Of a stretch of DNA of 64,000 nt, positions 49,976 to 60,738 are shown piece after piece. Each line of letters starts with the position of its first letter. Positions within the stretch are counted from its first letter, which is position 1. A program made the position numbers and the translations under genes. Location: the NCBI RefSeq assembly GCF_023055435.1, contig NW_025963791.1, positions 33,108,001 through 33,172,000 on the forward strand, written 5' to 3'. The DNA comes from Haliotis rufescens (Eukaryota). The notes beneath the pieces are model-generated. The model worked only from the letters and a program-made list of their open reading frames with translations, searched no databases and was not told the DNA's origin.

Positions 49976-50885
49976 CGGGTATGATGTATTCACGGGTATG
50001 ATGAAGTCATTGGTTTGATGTAGTCACGGGTATGATGTTGTCATGGGTATGATGTAGTCACGAGTATTGCGTATTCACCAGTATGATGTAGTCATGGGTA
50101 TGATGTAGTCACGGGTATGATGTAGTCATGGGTTTGATGTAGTCACGGGTATGATGTTGTCATGGGTATGATGTAGTCACAGCTATGATGTAGTAGTGGG
50201 CATGATGAAGTCATGGTATGATGCAGTTGTGGGTATGATGTAGTCATGGGTATGATGTTTTCACGGGTGTGATGTACTCACGGGTATGATGTAGTCATGG
50301 GTATGATGTATTCACAGATACGATGTAGTCATGGGTATGATGTACTCAGGAGTATGATGTAGTCATTGGTATGATGTATTCACGGGTATGATGTAGTCAC
50401 GGGTATGATGTAGTAGTGGGTATGATGTATTCACAGCTATGATGTAGTCACGGGTATGATGTTGTCATGGGTATGATGTATGGGTATGATCTAGTCATGG
50501 GTATGATGTAGTCATGGGTATGATGTATTCACAGGTATGATGTAGTCACGGGTATGATGTTGTCATGGGTATGATGTATGGGTATGATGTAGTCATGGGT
50601 ATGATGTAGTCATGGGTATGATGTATTCACAAGTATGATGTAGTCACCGGTATGATGTATTCACAGGTATGATGTAGCCATGGGTATGATGTAGTCATGG
50701 TATGCTGTAGTCATGGTTATGATGTTGTCATGGGTATGATGTAGCCATGGGTATGATGTAGTCACCGGTATGATGTATTTACAGGTATGATGTTGCCATG
50801 GGTATGATGTAGTCATGGTATGATGTAGTCATGGTTATGATGTTGTCATGGGTATGATGTAGTCACGGGTATGATGTAGTCACGG
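49972..50885 (+). repeat. 17-bp minisatellite
   Basis: Unit gggtatgatgtagtca[t/c], ~50 copies. Confidence 0.95.
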
Positions 50886-52116
50886 TGCATCACGAATCAC
50901 GTTCACGAGAAATAACAATCCGTGAAATTTGACTGGAACAAGCATAAAGTGGAAATTGAATGAGGAGTTCCCAATTTTATATTTTCACTGTTAACTTTAG
51001 CATGAGAAAATACATTGTATGTGTTTATATATCCTGAAACATCAGCAAGCCCTGTTTCCTGATAGACGAAGCCCGTCGAAGGCTGACCATAATGTGAGGT
51101 TTCAAATTTGTTTGTAAACATAGTAAACACGTAAATAAGTCATTCGAACTATTTTGGCTCTTAGTTTTACAAGTCGTCACTTCCTTAACCCGTCTTGATT
51201 ATCGTGAGTTCGTTTTCGTCAACATACACAATAAGTCTTTTGTGTAGGATTAATACACTGTCACAATTTGTTTTCTCAAACACACTCTTATAACATATGT
51301 TATAGACCATGGAAGTGATCATTACCTTGTTATAAATGAAGCTAGAGGCATTTGACTTTCTGACTTTAAAAGGGCAACAATACTCCAACTTTCTGATGCG
51401 ACGTTACATTTAAACTCACTTACTCAGCAGATTCCAATAAGCAAGTTAAACAAGTCAAGATTATAGTCCATTATATTGAAACTCTGAATCTGCGAAAAAG
51501 CCACCAATTTTTCAATACTTTCAATATTGGAGTGTTGTTGTCCTTTAAAGTTGTCCTGCACAAGATAACGTTAGGGCTGAAAGATGAACAGGTCAGCTGT
51601 CACCTAAGTTGGTTAAGTCCAAATGGTTCTGGATATATTGTTGCTGGTGGCGAAAAGGTTCGGGACATTTAAGATAAGGTTGGCGTTGGTTTGCTTGTAA
51701 ACACCTGTTGGCGTGGGTTTGCTTGTAATGCAAACACCTGTTTAGTTGTTTTGTTGTAGTTGTGTGTGACGGCACAATGACAGAACCTGTCCCAGACGTG
51801 CAGTATTGGGATACATTCCATGACGGATCTGTGCTGTAGGGAGACTTACGTAAGATCAAGTACACAATACCGTGAACAAAAGTTATTATAATTGCATGCT
51901 CAAATCTAATTGTGCTGCTAGACGTCATGTAATTGTTGCAGATTCCTTGACCGTGTGCTTTGTTAGAATATTCTAAAAGATTTTCAACAATTAAGATGTC
52001 TTTTTCAAACCTAACACTTTGGTTTTAGCATCATGATATGCTCATAATATTTCAGACTCATACATGAAGCAGGTTCAAAACATAATTCGAACCTGAACAG
52101 ACAGGTAGATGACTAC

Positions 52117-52976
52117 AAGGGCTGAGATGAGTCCAAATTTACTACCCAGGTACCCGACTCCCTATCACCTCACCCTATCCAGGTACCCGACTCCCTATCA
52201 CCTGACCCTACCCAGGTACCCGACTCCCTATCACCTGACCCTACCGAGGTACCCGACCCCCTATTACCTGAACCTACCCAGGTACCCGACTCCCTATTAC
52301 CTGAACCTACCCAGGTACCCGACTCCCTATTACCTGAAACTACCCAGGTACCCGACTCCCTATTACCTGACCCTACCCAGGTACCCGACTCCCTATCACC
52401 TGACCCTACCCAGGTACCCGACCCCCTATTACCTGAACCTACCCAGGTACCCTACACCCTGGCCTCACCCGACCAGGGAACCTGCTGTAGGATTCCAGTA
52501 GGGTAGAAAATGCCTGATTAGAAATGTTTTACCGGAGGCCTGGCAAAACCTCTTGATATACATGTGTATACGAACTGATCATGCATACACTGAAATTGAC
52601 TGAAGCTTTACCTTTACTCAGATATAAAAATGTCAGAGTGAGTGAGTGAGTATGGTTTTACACCGCTTTTAGCAATATCCAGCAATATCACGGTGGGGGA
52701 CACCAGAAATGGGCTTCACACATTGTACCCATGTCGGGAATCGAACCCGGGTCTTCGGCGTGACGAGCCAACGCTTTAACCACTTGGCTACCCGACCGCC
52801 CCAAAAATGTCAGAAGGAATACGTGGAGTGTCAGAAAGAAATATGACACATTAGTGAATTTCGGTGTAGCCATGGAGTTTTATTGTTATTGAACAATATG
52901 GCACGTGACTAACTACGGGTCCGGGTAATCTTGTGGGTGCCCAGATCCAACCCAGGACCAACTTAACCCAGCCCTA
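52117..52976. mobile_element. Same hAT-like MITE (paralog) with expanded 33-bp array and nested SINE
   Basis: Same TIRs and flanks; ~9-10 copies of ctacccaggtacccgactccctattacctgaac at 52142-52460. Confidence 0.8.
52638..52802 (-). mobile_element. SINE family 2 nested in hAT-like MITE
   Basis: 12-bp TSD aaaaatgtcaga (52626-52637, 52803-52814); empty site near 35575. Confidence 0.92.
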
Positions 52977-54725
52977 ATGGCTAACAACAGAAGCGTACGA
53001 GGTAAGATTCTGTTTAGAATTCTTCCAACCTCTTCAGCTGTAAAGAGTTATATCAAGTGTCTCCAGTGTAAAAAGTACAGCTGACCGGCTTCAGTGGCAG
53101 AGGGAAAAGGTATGTCAGTTGAGCGTGACGTCATGGTAACCGATGATGTCACACTGGCCTGCAAAACATTGCGACGCAACTTTAATGTAGCGGTACCTCC
53201 TGTGGAATCCAGTTATGGATTAAGTATTGACTTATATATGTTTTGCGTGTATGGAGGTGTAAGTACATGACAGACAATGTTATGGTAGGGTCATGTTTTT
53301 TATTTGTGAAAAATACATTCTGCTCTTCCTGAGTGTATATGCTATAAAAAACGATCCAATGATGTTGTGTGCCGTACAAATAAGTAAAAGAAATCGATTG
53401 AAGATTTCTTTCAATGATTTCAATGATTTTATTTAATCTGGGGGCTGTGCATAACACGGGCGAGCCACCGCGAATTCCTACGACGTCACGCAAGTAGTTC
53501 GCTAGTCGGCGTGGGCTAATGTTATTTAAGGTTAACCAATCTAATGCAACGGACTCGCTGGCAATTTATTTATTAATTAACTTAACAATATTTATTGTGT
53601 TTATGGAGGTATAAATCTAAACAAATTGTGTGCATATCATGCGTTAATCTGCGTATATAACGCAAAGTGTGCATACCCCTTTAAGCACAAAAATACATTT
53701 TACAAGTCAGCAATAACAACTTCAAAGGCTGTCTATTAAGTCATTAACACAAACAAAGAGTAGACGATTCAAAATATGACACTGTACAGCGCAATAGTGC
53801 AACACAAGATCTGCCAACTCTATTATCAACCAGTCATGAAACAAATCCGAGGGTGTGCGTGGCCTAATGTTTGTAGGTTTATGCAGAATTAAACAAAACC
53901 TATTTTATGGTATCTGATTATGGAGCTGACGCACAAAAATAATTTCATTTTTAGCCAAACACTAACATGGAATCACTTACGGTTCATTTTTTTACACTTG
54001 AATAATGAAATGTACTATGCCTACAACACCATTTTAATCATTATAGATATGGACACGATTACACAATTGCAGAAGTGTACCTCCGTACAAGTATGATTCA
54101 GGAACTCTTGGTTATTGAGTGGCTCACCATAACGTTCCACAAAACAAACTTCATGACATCACAAACATCCTACATGAACACCCTATCTACTATCTAGTAA
54201 AATGAATAAATTCTATGACCACGGTTCAGTGGACCACGTACAATGTACCTAACATGCTACTGACTGGAGCTGGGACGAGTCCAAATCTACAGCCCGGGTA
54301 ACCAACCCGACCCGGGAACCCACTGATGGTCTCAAGAGTTGGGAACTCATTAGTGTCATTAAACAATATATCAAGTGACCATCCACGGTCGAAGTAGTCA
54401 TGTGAGCACTTCAATAACAAGTAAACCATATCATATCCACTAAAAATAGAGTGAAGTATTGGTATCTCTTGAGCAGATTGGGATCAAACCACGGACTTTT
54501 CGCCTTCCCGGCCGACACCGTACTCACTAGAACACGGAGGCGATTTAATAAAGAGAACCAGGTTGCTAAACACATAATGTGAAGTGTAATGATGTGGACA
54601 TAATGTCTGTGGATACACCTTTGTATGATCATTCACACCCCAATCGGAAGAGTCCATTTTGAGTTGTTATAGAGAATTTAACACCAGTGATAGTGATGAT
54701 TGACGGAATGCACTGGTTGGTGTGA

Positions 54726-56353
54726 CTACATGAAGTTTACTTCGTGTATCTGACCTTCATTACACACATACAGTGTGTCATGTCTATCTACATACAATCC
54801 CAATGGATCACAGCCAATGTCCTTATGATCCGTGACATAATCCCCTGTCTCTGTCAGCCGTACCACATTCGTGCTGTCTGCAAGCAGGATGTCTCCTGAT
54901 GGAGTAGTTGTGATACCATAAGGGTTGAGTGCTCTGTCTCCAGTAGGGGCGTATATCCACACAACATCCCCCTCTGACGTTACACATGTCACAGACTGCT
55001 CCCCCCTGTCAGACACGAGTATGTTGCCCTTGTTGTTGACACACATGTAGCCGGGGTAGTCAAACAGTGTCTCATTGTTGTGTGTAGTGACTGACTTCAG
55101 CACGTGTCCCGCAATGTCCAGGATCTCAACACAGTCGTCAGTACCTGCTGCTAGAGATGAAGGACTCAGAAAAGCGAGACTGCAGTACCCCTTGCGTGTT
55201 GTGATGGTAGAGAGCAGCACCGGGTCAGGGGTCACTTCTACTGTTACAATCTGACGAGATGCAGGGACAGCAACCATCACCTGGTTCTCCTTCAACTGTG
55301 TTACACCCCATGGAGAGTCATCCAGGGGAAGTCTACTTTGACACAGTTGATTGTTTCTAGTGTAGACGGATTTCACACACTCGTTATTTAAGTCAGTGAC
55401 TACAACTGTCTGTATACCATCTACAAGGAGGACTGTGACGTCACGTAGATCAGGCTCCACTTCATCACCCGCCATCTTCCCATCTATCACGCCAACTAGC
55501 ACTGGAGACGGCAGACATGTGCTCTGATCCTGGTATGTGACGTCAATCTCCCCCAGCTGTAGATCATCTAGGATGTGCTGGACGTTGTCAGTGTCAGGTG
55601 TAAACCTGATGTCATCTATTCTCCGTGTGTCTGCTGTGTCTGTGTCCCTGACATCTCCCAACTCTACAGGCCCCGACTCCCAAGCCTGATACGCGTCATA
55701 CAGGTCCATCTCACAGTCCGATACCAAGGCCTGGTCAATGAACTCACAATGCTGTCTGTACATCTGCATCTCAATCTCTTCAAGCTTTACATCTGCTTTA
55801 AGTTCCTTAGTTTGTTTGTCTATAATATCTTTGACTTCGTTCATCAGTTGTTTTTCTTTCTGCTTGATGTTAGCGATGGCTCTCTCAACAGCAGATTTGA
55901 TGTGACTTTCTACTGCTATTTTGTTTTTCGCAATTCCGCTAATTTTCTCGTCTGTATTCTTAACAATTGTTTCTTTTCTATGTATTTTCTTTGATAACTG
56001 TTTAGCATGCCTTCTTAAATGGTATTTCAGGTTTGGCAACATTGATTGAATGGTAATGACAGACTCACATTTCCTATGGTAAACAACACAACATGTCTGA
56101 CACACAGCTTTGTGGCAGTCTTTACACACAAGCTTTATAACCTCATCCTTGTGTTCCCTGCACACGACCTTGCGTCTCATTTTCCCCTTGACCTCTCCTG
56201 AAAGGTCACATATTTCATGGTCATGTGATGCTGGATTTGCAACATGCATCTTGACACATCTGTCGCAGAGGGACACTTGACACTCAGAACACCATGAGGC
56301 TCCCGGAGTTGTCTCCCCTAACTTCTCACACACTGAGCAACATGAAGCGGAAC
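54726..56353 (-). CDS. TRIM-E coding exon 2 (B-box1, B-box2, coiled coil, NHL-like propeller)
   Basis: AG at 56355-56354; open 535-aa ORF 54726..56333. Confidence 0.88.
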
Positions 56354-57309
56354 CTGTAAGTTGACATGTCTATAGTTATTTGACATATCATGACAATATG
56401 TATATAAATTAGAAGATTGAGAATCCAGGTAAAATCACCCCCTCTCAACTATTTTCAATGCACGAATAGCACGTTGGGTGTAGGCTTGGAGATAAGGTGT
56501 TGGCTTGTCACGCGCATGGGTTTGTTGTGGAAGCCCTTATTGACATGATTGGCAGTGGCTTAAAACTGAACTCATTCACCCAGTTATGTACATGTAGTTT
56601 CAACAGATACAATTACACTTATAAGTGTACAGTTCTGATCACTATTATCATGGGCGATGGGGAAGCCAAGAGGTTTAAGTGTTAGCCAGGTTTGATTCCC
56701 GACATGAGTAAAATGTGTGAACCCCATTTCTTGTGTCTCCCGCAGTGATATCTCTGGAACATTGCTGAAGGTGGCAATTACAATACTCTTACAAGTGTAC
56801 AGTTTCGATCACGATTTTCACGGGCGGTAGGGAAGCCTTGTGGTTTAAGAGTTAGCCAGGTTTGATTCCCCTCATGAGTAAAATGTGTGAAGCCCATTTC
56901 TGGTGTCCCCCGCAGTGATGTCGCTGGAACATTGCTGAAGGCGGATAATAATATTTTCAAGTGCTTTATGGATGATCTGATTATATAAGCATCATGTAAA
57001 ACGATAATAATCAGCAGGTCAATAAGCATTGCCAGTGCACATCGTCCCGACGTCAAAATATATTGTAAATATTGCTATGCAGTGATTACAGTTGGAGTCA
57101 TGTTTGTAACAAATGTATATTTTCTGGAGTCGATTAGTGGAGTCAATTGGTATCATTGAACATACTGTTAACAGCAATACTGTAATTATACTGCATGTTT
57201 AAACAAATAATGAGTACCCTTTAACATGCCTTTATTACAAGCATGATTCTTATTACTAGATTTCAGTTTGTGAAATGAATGTGCAGTTCATAATATAATA
57301 AACCAATAC

Positions 57310-57587
57310 CTGTTTTGACAACGTCAGCTTGTGTGTCAATCAGCCCCTGTATAATGATGCTGGGTTTCATCTGCCCCGCCCACTCCTCCACTGGCCTGCT
57401 GGGCTGGGGAACCTTGGTATCTTGTCGACAGAAGGAACAGGGGATCGTCTTGGACTGTACAGCATTTGGTCTGGTTTGGATGTACTTGGTGACACATTTC
57501 CTGCAGAATGTGTGATCACACCTCAGTGAACAGGGGTCTGTGTACAGTTCCTGGCAGATAACACAGGTGAGGAATTTCCGTCGCCAT
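57310..57587 (-). CDS. TRIM-E exon 1 (RING), out of frame with the conserved ATG because of a net 20-nt deletion
   Basis: 278 nt vs 298 nt in paralogs. The ATG at 57587 opens only a 23-codon ORF (stop at 57516). The RING frame is itself open and reachable from an ATG at 57598. GT donor at 57309-57308. Confidence 0.7.
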
Positions 57588-57807
57588 CTGTAAAACATAA
57601 ATAACTTCAGCTGAAGTTGTTCCGAAATGTGCATGTCCCTCAATATCACTCTAAGGAGTTGCACTCCCCAGGGAAATCATAATGTTGATATAGATTAGTT
57701 TCCTTCAAAACGTGAAATATTTTAGTCACCAATCAAGTTTTATTAATGGCAGCCACTGACAACCACACAATAAATTAATACAGGTGAACAGGCAGGTAGA
57801 TGGCTAA

Positions 57808-58473
57808 AAGGGATGAGATGAGTCCAAAATTACTACCCGGGTACCCGACCCCCTATTACCTGACGCTACCCAAGTACCCGACCCCCTATAACCTGACCCT
57901 ACTCGGGTACCCGATCCCCTATTACCTGATCCTACCCAGATACCCGGCCCCCTAATTACCTGACCCTATCCGGGTACCCGACTACCTATTACCTGATCCT
58001 ACCCAGATACCCGACCCCCTAATTACCTGACCCTATCCGGGTACCCGATCCCCTATTACCTGATCCTACCAAGGTACCCGACCCCCTAATTACCTGACCC
58101 TATCCGGGTACCCGACCACCTATTACCTAACCTAATCCAGGAACCTGCTGTTGTTTTCGAGTTGGGTTGAAAATGTCTGGTTGGAAATTGTTTTACCGGA
58201 GACCTGGCAAAACTTAAATATTTACCTACATGTATAAAAAGATCTAAGCATGCATACACTGAAGTTGACTAAAACCTATATTTACTCAGACATATAGAAT
58301 TCAGAAGGAATATGTGCATTGTCAGAAAGAAATGCGATTTGCAGTGTAGCCATAGAGTTTTGTTGTTATTGTCATTGAACAATATATCACGTGATTAACC
58401 ACCTATCCGGGTAATCGTGGACACCCGGATCCATCTCAGGACCCACCCCACCCGAGTACCCGACCCAGCCCAA
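57808..58473. mobile_element. Older paralog of the same hAT-like MITE insertion
   Basis: Same flanks (aggtagatggctaa ... atggctgg); 33/34-bp array at 57833-58140. Confidence 0.72.
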
Positions 58474-58749
58474 ATGGCTGGCAATAATGTACGAGGGTGA
58501 GATTCTATTTAGAGTGAGTTAAAAAACATTAACGTCACACCAGCAATATTTCAGCCATATCGTGACGAGAAGTTATTATATATTATCAATAAATAAAAAC
58601 CTGTCATCAATGGACAGTAAAATAACTAGAATATCACAGATTAATCGTTAAAAATAGCAAACAACCATACACAATTATCACGAAATGTCACAATACAACA
58701 TAAAAATGAGCTATAGATCACTAGCAACAAAAAATGGGGGCCACCAAGC

Positions 58750-60360
58750 CTTGTGAATGTGTGGGGTTTTTTTTCTGGGAGAAGGGTTGTCAGTATTAGA
58801 TCAGATAATCGACAGCGTTTCCGTTGGGAATATTGAGTTAAATCTGCATTCGTCATTTTCGAATTATCGAGTTGATGCATGTTGAGGTTAGTTGTGTCAT
58901 TGTACTATCAGTGAAGACTGTTCTGTAAAACTTAACCCGAATTATCACATGAAGCAACAAACACTCCTAAATCTCACCAGTCTTGATTCGCCTCCACTGG
59001 ATACCGGCCTCAGTAAGGATCGAACATAAGATCCTGAGTATCGCCTACCTATGTATTAAAGGCTCAGCTCCATCATACCTATCAAGTTTGGTGAGAGAAT
59101 ATGTACCATCTAGATACCCCAGATCGACCAGCGTCTCAATGCTTACCATATCACCAACATGTGACCACAGACGCTGTTCCTCCACATTTGCTTCTCACTG
59201 GAACAATCAACCTCTCACCATCAAATAATACTTGTTCAATCAGACTACTTATTTTTGTAAGTATTGGGTTTTTTTTTTAAATCGGTCACACCAAAACCAT
59301 TACACCAGACTCAGTTGCGCACGGTTTAACAAATGTAACAACAAATATAACTGTATGCATTTTCCTCATATCGAATAATTAATTAGATTTCGAACAGCTC
59401 ATCACATATCAATTTGTGTATCACTTTCCTTTTTGGATTGCCCTGTGGGTTTATAATTGTGAACACAAATCTTCTCCCTTTCTCGAAATATAAAATGTCA
59501 TGTTAGAAGGATGTACGTTGAAGCTACTGTCAGTTTCCAAATAAATATTTAAATTCAAATTAGAGTTCTTTTCTCTAAGAGGGAATTTGGATTTACTTTG
59601 TCTTGCTCATAGTTTGGAAGTTGGAAATATGCACGAAAGAAAAATGACAACTTGTAAATAATATTTGATGTTTGCAATGGGCAAACAAGAACCTTTATTT
59701 TACCTCGCCCCTTGAGTCAACTTCAGCCTTGCAGTCAGTTTAAGTTAAAGGCTTACTAAGACATTATTAATGCCAGCTTCATTCACTCCCGAGTGACTCG
59801 TAAACTTGAAATTCCGAAAGTATTGTCAGTGTGGTGATCAGACATGTTCATAACACGTCATCAGTCTAAAAATAGGAATGTTTTCGCAATGATTGTCAAG
59901 ATCTATCAATATGAAAACGACGTCGAAGAAAGCTTGTGTACACAATATCATGATATGGATGTATTAATTTGAGAACGTTCTCAGAGTCCTCAAAACAATG
60001 GATACTTTATATCAATGATTGATAATACAAAGAACGTTTCAATGATAAATATTACAATTAACAATTATAACAAGGACGAGACAGGTTGAAGCGGACAGTA
60101 GTAAGAGAGTGAGAGTGAAACCCCGTTAATCCAGGTGTCACCATCTGCTGGAGCGGGGAGGGGATCTGCAATGATCTACAGCATTGTAACCACTTACTAT
60201 CCAAACATGGGCTTCGGTATCTAAAATTTGATTCATAGCCGCTGAGGTGAGGTGAAATGGGGTTTGACGTCGCGTCCAAGATTATTGCACTCATGTGTGT
60301 GTGTGCGTGTGTGTGCGTGTGTGTGTGTGTGACTGTTTGTACTAGTTCGAACTGATGACG
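58750..60360 (+). repeat. Duplicated segment paralogous to ~15030-16330
   Basis: Shared L2-like fragment, shared unique flanks and shared SINE tail position (ORFs 15263..15508 vs 58983..59228). Confidence 0.85.
60244..60358 (-). mobile_element. SINE family 1, 3' fragment
   Basis: gaggtgaggtgaaatggggtttgacgtcgcgtccaagattattgcac; same insertion site as the 16133 copy. Confidence 0.75.
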
Positions 60361-60738
60361 ATTTTCTTTTAAGCCACATTCAGCAATATTCCAGCTATAT
60401 GACGGCGGTTTGTAAATTATCGAGGGCCTTACAGTATCACACCACACAGTGTTCTATTAAAATACGCCATATGTAGGTGACATTCCGATATCTCCTCCCT
60501 TTCAACCAGTAAATAGTTCCCCATAACATTGTAATGAAAGTATCCCAGTTGTATTTTCTTTCCAGTCATGCAAAGGTTGCACGTTATCAGAAAGAGTGAC
60601 GTCATCAATCGGCAACACGATTGAAGGGTTGAACGAAGCGCCCAACAAATAACTCAAACATTTCAGTAGATGTTATAGGGTAATGGGCCCGTTCCACAAA
60701 GCGCCAGGTACGAACAGAAGAGATGACGAGGCCTGCAC

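Larger units (their letters stand above)
50890..57624 (+). repeat. Segmental duplication unit (TRIM-E unit)
   Basis: 51301 aligns to 34529 (tatagaccatggaagtgatc). Similarity to the A/D units ends ~37 bp upstream of the ATG. 50890-51230 matches 28046-28360. Confidence 0.88.

Noticed and set aside
52109-52501. 130-aa ORF of LPRYPTPYHLT repeats resembling a Pro/Tyr-rich adhesive protein
   Set aside because: It is the 33-bp minisatellite inside a MITE. No signal peptide, and the paralogous copies are not open in the same way.
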